The position numbers and the translations under genes were made by a program. 54,040 nt of DNA from a virus (lineage: Duplodnaviria > Caudoviricetes): positions 1 to 54,040 of IMG/VR virus record IMGVR_UViG_3300032263_000001; one strand, written 5' to 3'. Below are positions 28,531 to 37,688 of this stretch, one piece after another (positions within the stretch are counted from its first letter, which is position 1; every line of letters begins with the position of its first letter). Under the pieces are notes generated by a model. The model saw nothing but the letters and a program-made list of their open reading frames with translations, searched no databases and was not told the DNA's origin.

Positions 28531-29048
28531 TTTTCGGCTAAGTCTCTGTCAAGATACTCAATAAAATCTTCGACTTGAGCTTTTACCGAGTTCAAAGAGC
28601 CTGAAAAAATCATATCTGAAGGCAGGTCACACAACTCATTTTCATAGAAATCGATTTCAGCGATGTAAACCCCCTGAGTTACTTCCAAAAAGTTTATTTC
28701 AGCTACTGTATTCTCATCAAGTACAACTTCCCAACTTCCTTTTGCTAGTTTTGAGCAGACTTCCCACACTAAAATTCTAGCCTCTTGAATCTTTTCACTT
28801 AAGAAGGGAGAAATACATTTCCTATCTTTAAGAGTTTTTAGGAATTCCTCTACTATCGTTTCTTTTCGTTTTTTGAAAAGACTTACTCGACTTGGAAAGT
28901 CGAGACTAAGATCAAGAAATAAACTTCTCATATGAGTCTCCAGAAGTTTTTGAAAGTCTGCTTTTTGGGTTTCAGTCAACCGAAAAAGCAGACTTTTCTC
29001 AGCTTCAGTAACTTCAATAGAATTTGTAAAATCTCTAACTCTTTTCAT
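28479..29048 (-). CDS. Hypothetical protein
   Basis: 189 aa, AAGGAGGT RBS. Confidence 0.7.
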   Translation of the reverse strand: MKRVRDFTNSIEVTEAEKSLLFRLTETQKADFQKLLETHMRSLFLDLSLDFPSRVSLFKKRKETIVEEFLKTLKDRKCISPFLSEKIQEARILVWEVCSKLAKGSWEVVLDENTVAEINFLEVTQGVYIAEIDFYENELCDLPSDMIFSGSLNSVKAQVEDFIEYLDRDLAEKWGEEGKITIEKPEGWQ

Positions 29049-29078
29049 AATGACCTCCTTTGTTGTCCCTTACTATAC

Positions 29079-29105
29079 TTTTCGTCACTTCCAGAAAAAA
29101 CTTGA
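29079..29105 (-). promoter_or_regulatory. Sigma28 (FliA)-like promoter
   Basis: TCAAGTTT-N11-GACGAAAA versus consensus TAAAGTTT-N11-GCCGATAA. Confidence 0.45.
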
Positions 29106-29170
29106 GCCCTTTATGAGACAAATTTGAAGTTTATTTGGAAGTGAGATACACTTAAGAAACTTAGCAGTTA

Positions 29171-29207
29171 GGCTTCAAAAGAATTAATGCTTTTGAGGCT
29201 TTTTTTT
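29171..29207 (+). terminator. Plus-strand intrinsic terminator
   Basis: GGCTTCAAAAG-aattaatg-CTTTTGAGGCT plus a T run; G.U pairs form only on the plus strand. Confidence 0.6.
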
Positions 29208-29214
29208 ATCTCTT

Positions 29215-29727
29215 CTAAAGAATCCCGCCGTCCACACCTTTCCCTCGGCCTGCTATGTGGAATCTTACTTGCATATCAAAAATATTATGGAGGTCTCTTA
29301 AAAGAAGATAACTTTCGAGGTCTTCCCGATAGGTATAACCCTTTTTATGGAGCTTTGAAGCTTTCTCACTATTTTCGAGATAAGAGGAAAGCTCTCTAAG
29401 CTCGTCTCTACTCAAATCCAGATCGTTCAAAACTGAAGCGGCCTGGATAATCTTCTTTACAGTATCAATTTGGAGCCAAGCGAGAGTAGTGTTGTCCAAC
29501 CAGAGACCTACCCAACTATATAGAAGAGCAAAGGATATGAATACTCCATAAAGAGGGCTCCAAAAGAAGCCTGAAACCAAGGAGAGAGCGATGTACATCA
29601 AATAAGCATACCAGGGTACAAAGCAAAAATATCTTGAAGCTTTTTGAACTCTACTTAAATGTTTATCTCCCACTAAGCACTTAAAATAGCAATCGAAAAT
29701 GTTCAATTTGAAAAGCTTTTCAAGCAT
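29215..29727 (-). CDS. Membrane protein (two hydrophobic segments)
   Basis: Hydrophobic stretch at about residues 33-77. Confidence 0.65.
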   Translation of the reverse strand: MLEKLFKLNIFDCYFKCLVGDKHLSRVQKASRYFCFVPWYAYLMYIALSLVSGFFWSPLYGVFISFALLYSWVGLWLDNTTLAWLQIDTVKKIIQAASVLNDLDLSRDELRELSSYLENSEKASKLHKKGYTYREDLESYLLLRDLHNIFDMQVRFHIAGRGKGVDGGIL

Positions 29728-30122
29728 TACCCCACTCCTATTCTTTGCAGGAGGAGAGAAATCGTCTCCTCCCTATGCTCTTTCATGAATTCCTCTGCCA
29801 ATTTTGAGAGTTTTGTAGGTTTACCGTCGCAAGCTTCGGCTCCGGTGTAGGGTTGGAAGGCTCTAGCTATCTCTTCTTTTTTGATGTTCCTAGCTTTCAT
29901 TAAGAGAGCGATGAAATCAGCGAAAGCTTCAAAAATTGATAGCTTGTCTTCCCCCTCCTTTTCATCCTCCTCTTGAGGTATTTCGAGAGTCCAACCGAAG
30001 GGTTCCTCTCGGAGTCGAAGTTTTTTGTACCTCACGTCAAAATCTAGATCGACTTCGTAAACTTCCTTTCCTACGGGTATTTTTTTGGGTACGAAATCTT
30101 CTAAAAACTCTTCTAAGTGCAT
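29727..30122 (-). CDS. Hypothetical protein
   Basis: GGAG RBS before ATG 30122; TAATG coupling to the next gene. Confidence 0.6.
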   Translation of the reverse strand: MHLEEFLEDFVPKKIPVGKEVYEVDLDFDVRYKKLRLREEPFGWTLEIPQEEDEKEGEDKLSIFEAFADFIALLMKARNIKKEEIARAFQPYTGAEACDGKPTKLSKLAEEFMKEHREETISLLLQRIGVG

Positions 30123-30135
30123 AGGGTTTCTCCAT

Positions 30136-30168
30136 AAAAAAAAAATCCTCAGAGGTCTCACTGAGGAT
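30136..30168 (-). terminator. Intrinsic terminator after the HTH gene
   Basis: ATCCTCAG-N8-CTGAGGAT plus a T run on the minus strand. Confidence 0.6.
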
Positions 30169-30198
30169 GGATTAAAATAGGTTCTCATAGTGTTACAG

Positions 30199-30549
30199 CT
30201 AAGAGATTTTTAGTTTTACTCCCTCAGCCAGTTGCTTTTTGAGATTGTAAAGAGGTAACCGTTTCCCAGTCTTCCCCTCAATTTCTTGAGAAATCATTGC
30301 TAGAAAAGAAGTACTGAATTCAACTTTAGGGTGACCTCCGCCCCAAGAAAGAAAAGCTCGGTTTTCCGTCTTCCCTCTCTTTTCAAAAAGGCTATCAATC
30401 TTAGCACAAGTTCTTGGCGATATTTTGGTACCCTTGAGCCATTGATATATGGCTCCATGGGTTACTCCCAAAAGCTTGGCTAAGTCGGCTACGCTCATAC
30501 CTTGGCAAAGGTAGCGAAGCTTTACTAAAGTTGTCTCCTGCATTTCCAT
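30199..30549 (-). CDS. Cro/XRE-type HTH regulator
   Basis: 'GMSVADLAKLLGVTHGAIYQWLKG'; AGGAGGT RBS. Confidence 0.8.
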   Translation of the reverse strand: MEMQETTLVKLRYLCQGMSVADLAKLLGVTHGAIYQWLKGTKISPRTCAKIDSLFEKRGKTENRAFLSWGGGHPKVEFSTSFLAMISQEIEGKTGKRLPLYNLKKQLAEGVKLKIS

Positions 30550-30569
30550 GCTTACCTCCTACAATCTAC

Positions 30570-30781
30570 TACTACGATAGTACTTATACCCCAGAAAACG
30601 GAGCAGGTCAAGATTTACTATAAAGTTTCTACGTAGCTAGGTGTTTTCACTAGAGAAGTTACTATAAAAAATGTAAAAATTTCTTCTTTTTAGTAAGGGA
30701 AAGAGACAACCTTTTGAATTCCCTTAGGAATAAAAAATTTGAGTAAAAAACTTGACTTTAAAAAAATGTACTACTATTGTA
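30570..30781. promoter_or_regulatory. Divergent promoter pair with two operator-like sites
   Basis: Minus TTGACC-17-TATAAG (30611-30583); plus TTGACT-17-TATTGT (30752-30780); TACTACnATwGTA at 30570 and 30769. Confidence 0.55.
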
Positions 30782-30812
30782 AATTTGTCAGTAATCATAG
30801 AGAGAAAAAAAA

Positions 30813-31031
30813 ATGAGGTGTCCGATTTGTAGGGAAGTCTCTGAAATTTCGATAGTTTCCCCCTTTTGTGAAAGATGTTTCCTTAAAGCACTCCTGGAAG
30901 TGAGTCAAGGAGATGAAACTATTAGAGATTTCATAGAAAATGTGAAAATGGTTTTACTCGAAGAGGTAGCAGACCCGGAAGAGGAAAACCCTTTTTCGAA
31001 GAGTGGGAGGATGATAAGATGGAGAACTTGA
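30813..31031 (+). CDS. Small Zn-finger protein
   Basis: CPIC...FCERC. Confidence 0.55.
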   Translation: MRCPICREVSEISIVSPFCERCFLKALLEVSQGDETIRDFIENVKMVLLEEVADPEEENPFSKSGRMIRWRT

Positions 31032-31399
31032 AAAGGAGTAAAACGAAACACTATATAAAAGCCTTTCTCCAGCAACTTATTGATGAGGGAGTAGAAAAAG
31101 TCTCCCCAAAGGAACTTTTTGAGAACTTTTTTATAGATACTGGTATAGGTTCTCATAAAACGGTCGAAGCTAGGAAGAAAGCCCAAGAGCTAGTCGGGAA
31201 CTATCTCCACTCTAAAAATGGACTTTCTTACAAGTGCCTTAGAATAATAGAAAAACATCGAATCCGTTCCTACAAGTTCGAGTTCCTTTGTCCGGTTTGC
31301 GAGAAAGAGACTTTTGAGCTTTATGGGAATGACCTGAGAAATCGTGAAAATGCCTACGTATGTAAGAAGTGTAGGCCAAAAAGAAGGAGTTCATTATGA
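31019..31399 (+). CDS. Zn-ribbon protein (related to 32786..33304)
   Basis: CPVC...CKKC. Confidence 0.65.
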   Translation: MENLKRSKTKHYIKAFLQQLIDEGVEKVSPKELFENFFIDTGIGSHKTVEARKKAQELVGNYLHSKNGLSYKCLRIIEKHRIRSYKFEFLCPVCEKETFELYGNDLRNRENAYVCKKCRPKRRSSL

Positions 31400-31821
31400 G
31401 CGAAGAAAATAAAGAAGGCATTTGTTGTGAGTGCGGGGTAAACTTCCGAGAAAAGGATATTTCAGGAATTTCAGGTACCGCTGACTCCGGCAAAGAGGTT
31501 TTAAAGTTTAGCACTTGTGCTGAGTGTTTGGGTACCTCTTGCTTTGCCTACATGGAAAAAGAATCTGAGATTCCCAGTCCTCTTCCTGAGGGATTGAGGA
31601 ATATTTTAGAAAAACTGGTTTTTTTATTAGGAACGGAGGCAGCTATACGAGCCGAAATGAATAAGGAAGGAAGGGTTAACTTCGATAGAAATAGGGTCCT
31701 ACTAGGTGGAGGCATTCATGAAATTTATACGGCTTCTAGAGACTGGGTTTTTTCTGAAATGAAAAAATTCGCTGAAACTGAAAAAGCTTCTAGTGAAGCA
31801 AAAAATCAACCGATACAATAG
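31396..31821 (+). CDS. Hypothetical Cys-containing protein
   Basis: CCEC...CAEC; AAGGAG RBS. Confidence 0.65.
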   Translation: MSEENKEGICCECGVNFREKDISGISGTADSGKEVLKFSTCAECLGTSCFAYMEKESEIPSPLPEGLRNILEKLVFLLGTEAAIRAEMNKEGRVNFDRNRVLLGGGIHEIYTASRDWVFSEMKKFAETEKASSEAKNQPIQ

Positions 31822-31831
31822 GAGAAATTGT

Positions 31832-32782
31832 ATGTTTTTAGTCATTTACCATGCCAATTGTAACGACGGGAGCCTTGCGGCTTATCTAGCATGTAAACAT
31901 TTTGAAATAGATGGAATTTACCCGATGGCTTACGGGGAAGCTCTTCCAAGAGTTTTCTTAGAGCTAGACGAAAAAGATGAAGTGTTGATTGTCGATTTCT
32001 CTTTGACCTCCGAAGAGTATGAAAGACTTCTTTCCACAGGAGCTAAGGTTAGAACGGTTGATCACCATGAGCCGAAATTCGAAGCTTTACGATGTATGAA
32101 AGAGTATCCAAATCATACTCTCGTTTTGAATGCTGACTTGTCCGGATGCGAGATTGTTCGAAACCTTTTCCCTCCCAAAAAAGAAGATATATCTTTCCCA
32201 AAAGATACTCTTGACGCTTTTGTGGAAATGGTTGGGGAGAGAGATAGAGGACTGCTATGGAGGAAAGATACTCCGGTGCAGATCAAAGAGAATATGGAAA
32301 AATATAATGCCTTTCTTTCTACTTTTGGAGGGATTCGGGAAAGGGTTCACAGCCGTTACCCGAATCTCATCGATTTGCAAGTTCAAAAGGATAGACTAAT
32401 AGAGGGGTGGGAGGATATTTTTGATTACTCCCAGTACCACGTAAAAGGTATTGGAGCAAGAGTTATTGCTTTAAATAGAGCAAGAATTAAGGATTTGATG
32501 GGGAAGGTTTTAGAGCTGGAGAAGTATTGCGTGGTCTTTTCTTCAGAGTATCAACTCTTTAGTGACCTTGGCAATGAAGTAGCCGCAAAGTTTAAAAAGC
32601 CTTGCATCATCCTCTATCAAAAAGGGTTCTTCTCTTGGGGTGCCTCGGTTCGCTCGAATGAAGATTGTGAGATTTCCGCTCTTGAAATTTGCGAAATGTT
32701 CGGAGGTGGAGGGCATAAATTTGCGGGAGGAATTTCTAATTTAGATAAGTCTCAAATAGAGTTTTTATCTCAAAAGGAGTAA
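31832..32782 (+). CDS. DHH/DHHA1 phosphoesterase (NrnB/nanoRNase-like)
   Basis: Motifs 'VIYHANCNDG', 'VDFS', 'VDHH', 'SVRS', 'GGGGHKFAGG'. Confidence 0.88.
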   Translation: MFLVIYHANCNDGSLAAYLACKHFEIDGIYPMAYGEALPRVFLELDEKDEVLIVDFSLTSEEYERLLSTGAKVRTVDHHEPKFEALRCMKEYPNHTLVLNADLSGCEIVRNLFPPKKEDISFPKDTLDAFVEMVGERDRGLLWRKDTPVQIKENMEKYNAFLSTFGGIRERVHSRYPNLIDLQVQKDRLIEGWEDIFDYSQYHVKGIGARVIALNRARIKDLMGKVLELEKYCVVFSSEYQLFSDLGNEVAAKFKKPCIILYQKGFFSWGASVRSNEDCEISALEICEMFGGGGHKFAGGISNLDKSQIEFLSQKE

Positions 32783-32785
32783 ACT

Positions 32786-33304
32786 ATGGCGGGGAACTAC
32801 AAGCAAAAAGTGACAGAGTACTTGAAAGAAAGAATCGGGAAAAAGATTGATCCTCAGGCTATGCTTGAAGAGCTTTTTGGAGAGACTTCGAAGCCTTTGA
32901 AAAGGACCTTTGATCCGATTCTGGAAGAAGCTAAAGAAAGGGAGGGGGAGTATATCGAATGCGGGGAAAGTAAAACTCTTGTGCTTTGCATCAAATACCT
33001 CGGCTCTCCCAATCGTAGGGGGAGGCTCTATCTATGGGAGTGCCCGGTTTGCGGGAGCGGGAGATTTGAAGGTTTTTTCTCCGACGTAAAGAGGGCTTCC
33101 AAGAGACTTGCTTGTGTTTCTTGCATCCAAAAAGAGCTTAAGAAGAAACAAGGACAAATGCAAAAAATTAAGAAGGCTAAGGGGCGGATGACCTCAGCGG
33201 GAACCCTCCTAGAGATAAAAGATAAGGGTCCAGGTTGGAAAAAGTATTCCGAAGAGGAAGAGAAAAGAATCATGGAAGAGTTAAAGAGGAGGCAAAATGT
33301 GTAA
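32786..33304 (+). CDS. Zn-ribbon protein
   Basis: CPVC...CVSC; AAGGAG RBS. Confidence 0.65.
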   Translation: MAGNYKQKVTEYLKERIGKKIDPQAMLEELFGETSKPLKRTFDPILEEAKEREGEYIECGESKTLVLCIKYLGSPNRRGRLYLWECPVCGSGRFEGFFSDVKRASKRLACVSCIQKELKKKQGQMQKIKKAKGRMTSAGTLLEIKDKGPGWKKYSEEEEKRIMEELKRRQNV

Positions 33305-33437
33305 GTGTCTAGTCTACAGTCTTGTAGGGGTTTCAGTGATTACCGCTGTAGCGATATCCATTTGTTGTCTTAGTGAGATATACAAAAATTGGAAAGAAAA
33401 GAAAAAGGTGAATTTGGAGAAAAAAGATGACTTATGA
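33297..33437 (+). CDS. 46-aa single-pass membrane protein (not in the ORF track)
   Basis: GAGGAGG RBS; MCKCLVYSLVGVSVITAVAISICCLSEIYKNWKEKKK...; fills the gap. Confidence 0.5.
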   Translation: MCKCLVYSLVGVSVITAVAISICCLSEIYKNWKEKKKVNLEKKDDL

Positions 33438-33861
33438 AGATCTTCTAGCAAAGCTTCCGAGATACTGGAAGGATGTTTTTAAAAAAGATGGGGTGCTTAA
33501 AGAAGGGGTGGACCTAATTTTGGAAGGGTACAAGTGCCGTATTTGGCGGAATCCACATGCCGGCAACCTTTGCGGGTACGTTTTTCTTCCCGACTCGAGT
33601 AGCCTCTATGAGGCTAGATATACCGACGATGACTTTCCTCTTTTCTGCGTGCACGGAGGAATTAATTTTTCAAGCTGGTTAGACGGACAGTGGGCCATCG
33701 GTTTCGATTGTGCTCATGCGTGGGATATGGTTCCAGCGAGAGATTTGCATCCAGAATTTGAAGCATTTTTTGGGGGAGAAACTGTCTATCGAGATAGGGA
33801 ATACGTTCAAAAAGAGCTAGAGAATCTTTGCAAACAACTGAAAGAGTGGGAATGTAAGTGA
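33427..33861 (+). CDS. Phage hypothetical protein (HGG...GFDCAH type)
   Basis: Motifs 'LCGYV', 'VHGGINF', 'WAIGFDCAHAWD'. Confidence 0.75.
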   Translation: MTYEDLLAKLPRYWKDVFKKDGVLKEGVDLILEGYKCRIWRNPHAGNLCGYVFLPDSSSLYEARYTDDDFPLFCVHGGINFSSWLDGQWAIGFDCAHAWDMVPARDLHPEFEAFFGGETVYRDREYVQKELENLCKQLKEWECK

Positions 33862-34613
33862 AAAAGAGTAAAGAGGAACAAGAGAAGATTGAGAAGGATA
33901 TATTGAGGGAGTTTGGAACCCTAGATATCAATCAAGTTTTGATAGCTGGAGCTAGAAAAGATTCCTCTTCGATTGTCTCTCAGGAAGTAGCCAAGCTCCT
34001 GGAGGAGAGACAAAAAAGAGGAATGGAAACCTACGGGAAGCCTTTGTCTGTTTTCAACGGCCAGGATGCTCTTCAGGATCTGATAGAGGAGCTTGCGGAC
34101 GGCTACGCCTATGCTCTTCAGATAGCCCTTGAGGAGGGTTCGCCAACCCCTACTTCCCGTAGGTCGGAAACGGTGGAGATGTTAGAGATGGTGAAGAGTA
34201 CTCTATTTTGGGTGATGGCTAGAAAGGTTGAAAGAGAGAAAAGGAGAAAAGTTAAAATGCCGATTGATTTGAGATATAGAGAAGGCACCTTAAGAATATT
34301 TCATAGCTGGGAGTCCGTTCATTCGGAGAGGAAAGAGACTCCAATCCAGATAGATGTGTACAGTTCCCGTAATGACTTTCCCAGTATTGGAAGGGATATC
34401 TTGAGGAAGTGCCTAATAGCGGATTTCGATAGGAACGAAACGATAGTGATTAAGAATCCAAATTATCCAGAGGGGAATAAAATAACTATCAAAAAGGCGA
34501 AAAGAGTTGACACTTTTTTCGTTAATTACAACTTTTGTGAAATTGCTTGTCCTCAACTATATGATATAGTTGAGAAGTATAACGAAAGACAATTACTTTT
34601 GAAAGGAGAATAG
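33858..34613 (+). CDS. Hypothetical protein with an N-terminal MazG-like helical motif
   Basis: 'RQKRGMETYG...LQDLIEELADGYAY'. Confidence 0.55.
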   Translation: MKKSKEEQEKIEKDILREFGTLDINQVLIAGARKDSSSIVSQEVAKLLEERQKRGMETYGKPLSVFNGQDALQDLIEELADGYAYALQIALEEGSPTPTSRRSETVEMLEMVKSTLFWVMARKVEREKRRKVKMPIDLRYREGTLRIFHSWESVHSERKETPIQIDVYSSRNDFPSIGRDILRKCLIADFDRNETIVIKNPNYPEGNKITIKKAKRVDTFFVNYNFCEIACPQLYDIVEKYNERQLLLKGE

Positions 34614-34615
34614 TA

Positions 34616-34974
34616 ATGACTATGAGTGAAACGGAAAAATATGAAAGAGATATGGCATTAGTGGGAGCATTTGAAGGAGTTCAAGCAAGTTTATTGCCGA
34701 GTTGTTGAAAACAGTTGCTCAAAGAGCTTCCGACACTCCTAAGGAGGAATTTGAAAAAGTAGCCGAAAGAGTAGAAAAAGTTTTCGAGAAATTTCGGGGT
34801 TCGTACGCTGTTTTGGAAAACGGTTCCGCTTGCGAGTTTGTTTGTGCTTTTGCTTATGGAGATCAAAAAGCTATTGGTTTGAACTTCGGGAGGGGATTCT
34901 CTTTTCCAGTGCCGGAGCTTCCATGGGAAAAGGGGTATCCATGGGAGACGAATTTAGGAGTCGGAGAGAGATAG
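34616..34974 (+). pseudogene. Probable single gene broken by a -1 frameshift near 34690
   Basis: The RBS-backed ORF from 34616 stops at 34708; one extra T joins it to ORF 34702..34974. Confidence 0.45.
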
Positions 34975-35153
34975 TGAAGATTGTCGGAAAGGATGGAAAA
35001 GAATTGTATAAGAAGTACTCTTTGGAGGATCTATTTTGAAAAAGCTAATGCTTTTAGTTTCGGTTTTGGTTTCTTGTCAAGAGGAAACACCGAGAATTGT
35101 AGAAACAAGAACCAAAAAAAGAGAGGGTATAAGGTGAACGGGAGGAAAAAGAG

Positions 35154-35606
35154 ATGAGTGAAAAAGAGAAGTGGAAGAAAATTCTAACCGCCCTTTTTGA
35201 GAATTGCAATAGCGAGAAATGCGGCCGGTTTTGCCCGGGAAGAGAGGATTGCTTTGAACTTTTCGGAGAAAACCTACCACCTACTAAGGGAATAATTGAG
35301 GAGGTAGTGGAAAAAAAATTTGAGCCCATTGAAATGGAATTCATAAACTATACAGGGGAGTGGCCAAACCTTTGCAGGGGCATCCTGACGATAAGTGTAG
35401 GAGGAGAGATTTTCAATCTTAGCCAGATTTTAATTTCAGGCGGGGATTGTTCTTTCTCTTCAGATTATAGCAGTTCGGACGTATCTAGCGGTGGTTGGGA
35501 GATTTATGAGTCTAACCTTCCTGAAAAGCTTAGAGGGTTCCACAAGCAGATAGTGGAGCTCGTTAACGATAACATTGAAAAAGGTTGTTGCGGAGGATGC
35601 TTGTAA
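35154..35606 (+). CDS. Hypothetical Cys-rich protein
   Basis: 'YTGEWPNLCRG' and C-terminal 'GCCGGCL'. Confidence 0.7.
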   Translation: MSEKEKWKKILTALFENCNSEKCGRFCPGREDCFELFGENLPPTKGIIEEVVEKKFEPIEMEFINYTGEWPNLCRGILTISVGGEIFNLSQILISGGDCSFSSDYSSSDVSSGGWEIYESNLPEKLRGFHKQIVELVNDNIEKGCCGGCL

Positions 35607-36046
35607 TGGATGTTAACGTGGCTCTAGCGGGGGTTGGGCTTGTAGGAGCGGGGTTTTTTGTCTTAGCTCTCCTGGTAGAAAGAAAATCAGAACTCGAAAA
35701 GGTAAAAGAGATAGAAGCTAGAGTAGCTAAAGAAAGGGAGGAAAAGGAGATGAAAGATAGAGCTGAAAGACTAAAGAAGATGAGGAATAAAACTCCAAAC
35801 CTCTTTGGTAATGACTCCCAAGTGTACAGTACCTCCATGATAACAAAACGGACTCCTCCCAGTCGAAGAGTAATGCGGTCTCCCTCTCCCTCGAGTAATA
35901 GGCGATCTAGATCTTCCTCTTCACAGAGTGGGATTGAATTAGGGTATGGTACAAGTCATCTTTTTTCGAGTTGCGATGACTACGGCTCTAGCTCTTCATG
36001 CTCCGATAGTAGTTCTTCGGATTGTGGTTCAAGTTGTTGCGATTAG
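35606..36046 (+). CDS. Membrane-anchored protein with a Ser/Cys-rich low-complexity tail
   Basis: N-terminal TM segment; ends SSCDDYGSSSSCSDSSSSDCGSSCCD. Confidence 0.65.
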   Translation: MDVNVALAGVGLVGAGFFVLALLVERKSELEKVKEIEARVAKEREEKEMKDRAERLKKMRNKTPNLFGNDSQVYSTSMITKRTPPSRRVMRSPSPSSNRRSRSSSSQSGIELGYGTSHLFSSCDDYGSSSSCSDSSSSDCGSSCCD

Positions 36047-36060
36047 AAGGAGAAGTGTGA

Positions 36061-36261
36061 ATGAAGATTTCAGAAAAAGAGGCTAAACACTTCTTAGAAA
36101 GCCTCAAAGGTATTGAGGTGAGAGGGATGTTAGAAGGGGATTGTAATAGCTTCTTGGAGCGGGAGAATACGCCCGAAGCGGAATGTTTTGAGATATTAGA
36201 GACGCTAGTGAAGAAAAGGGGAAAGAGTGAAAAGAATTGCAGTGAGGTCCATAAAGGATAA
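36061..36261 (+). CDS. Hypothetical protein
   Basis: RBS-backed ORF in a tandem run. Confidence 0.55.
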   Translation: MKISEKEAKHFLESLKGIEVRGMLEGDCNSFLERENTPEAECFEILETLVKKRGKSEKNCSEVHKG

Positions 36262-36490
36262 AGAAGAAAAGCTTCGAGTGGAAGCCCTTTGTTTGGCTGT
36301 CCCTTATTGCCTTGAAAGTGGGTTCTCCTTGCCAAAAAATCCAGAGGGTGCCCACCTCGAAGAGTTGGTACGTACTCTAGACAATCTCAATAGAGTGCCC
36401 GAACTAACTAAGAAAATAAACCAAATGGCTGAGGAATACAAAAAGCTACTCGTGGAAGCCATCGAGGAGGTTAAAAATGAGAAAACATGA
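36227..36490 (+). CDS. Hypothetical protein
   Basis: ORF in a tandem run. Confidence 0.55.
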   Translation: MKRIAVRSIKDKEEKLRVEALCLAVPYCLESGFSLPKNPEGAHLEELVRTLDNLNRVPELTKKINQMAEEYKKLLVEAIEEVKNEKT

Positions 36491-37250
36491 AGCTATTGGA
36501 GAGTTAAGAGCAAGTGGGGAAAGCGGTATAATTTTTCGGTACGATACTGAAGGAAATGGAGTATCCTTCTTTTTTAAGAAAGAGTATTTCAATCTTGGTT
36601 TTAGTGATGTCAGGAGAGTCGGAGAGAAGTACTCTGCGAGAGATAACAACGCTGTTTTTGCTATGGATTGGGAAAATGAAGGTTGGGGTTGGGAGAATTG
36701 CTCCACTAACGAATACGCAAAGAATAGGCCTCCTTGGGATAGGAATCTTGAAGAGTGGTGGGAGAATCAAGTTGAAAGAATTATTGAAGTAGAGGGAAAT
36801 TGCACCAGACTTTGCATGATGCAGGGAGTTAAGGGAGTTACTTGCCCGTTCCATGCTTCAAATAGCGGGTACCGGAGGCAGTGCCAAGATTTGATAAAGG
36901 AAGAGGATTTTTGGAGGCTCAGTACTGGCGACAGTCACCTAGCACCAAACATACGAGCGGGTCTTGCGAAAGCATATAAAAAGGGAGAAATAAAGTTTAT
37001 CGATGGAAAGCTTTGCAGTAGCGGACCAAGGTTTGAGGATTTTGTAGAACCTGGAGACGTAATTATTCCCGAAGGGGAGGAACCGCAAACGGCTCTAGTG
37101 ATAGAGAAGAGAGGTACTTGCTTCTATTATGGAGGTATGAATTTTGTAGATTTTACGCAACCTTCCTATGAAGGGATGAGTTTTAAAATTGTTGCAACTC
37201 GAGATAGTCGAGAGATTCCAGAAAACTTGAAGTACAGGGAGAATAAATGA
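36477..37250 (+). CDS. Hypothetical protein
   Basis: 257 aa, GAGGAGG RBS. Confidence 0.7.
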   Translation: MRKHEAIGELRASGESGIIFRYDTEGNGVSFFFKKEYFNLGFSDVRRVGEKYSARDNNAVFAMDWENEGWGWENCSTNEYAKNRPPWDRNLEEWWENQVERIIEVEGNCTRLCMMQGVKGVTCPFHASNSGYRRQCQDLIKEEDFWRLSTGDSHLAPNIRAGLAKAYKKGEIKFIDGKLCSSGPRFEDFVEPGDVIIPEGEEPQTALVIEKRGTCFYYGGMNFVDFTQPSYEGMSFKIVATRDSREIPENLKYRENK

Positions 37251-37468
37251 GTTCTTGGATAAAAATTACTACTAAAGAGAGTCGGGAGTTTTGGGTACCT
37301 GTTGAGACTTCCCTAGAGGAGACAAACCAAAAAATTAAGGAGCTTTTGCGTGAAACAAATGAGGAAGGCTTAATCAATAATTTCCTATTTTTCGGATCTA
37401 AAACATTCGCTAGGGAAAGCATATCAGTTATTGAGGTGTTTAATAGGAAAGGAGATAAGCATGAGTGA
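37247..37468 (+). CDS. Hypothetical protein
   Basis: Coupled ORF. Confidence 0.55.
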   Translation: MSSWIKITTKESREFWVPVETSLEETNQKIKELLRETNEEGLINNFLFFGSKTFARESISVIEVFNRKGDKHE

Positions 37469-37688
37469 TGCTAAGAAATGCGATACTTGTGGAATATTTT
37501 ATGAGGATTCCGGAGAAAAATACATTAAATATGCAGGTAAGGAGATAAAGACTTGTGTTTGTTTTAATGCTCCAAGAGAAGGTGGAGGCGTGACTTTACT
37601 GGACGTTTGTCCTAGTTGTACTAGAAACTTTATTAATATTTGGGTTGATTCAAAAGTGGAAGAAAGAGATGAAAATAGTAAACATTAA
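37461..37688 (+). CDS. Small Zn-ribbon protein
   Basis: CDTC...CPSC. Confidence 0.6.
   Translation: MSDAKKCDTCGIFYEDSGEKYIKYAGKEIKTCVCFNAPREGGGVTLLDVCPSCTRNFINIWVDSKVEERDENSKH

Noticed and set aside
35606-36046. Ser/Cys-rich tail as a RiPP precursor for the radical SAM enzyme
   Set aside because: It lies 15 kb away on the other strand, is membrane-anchored, and is simple low-complexity sequence.
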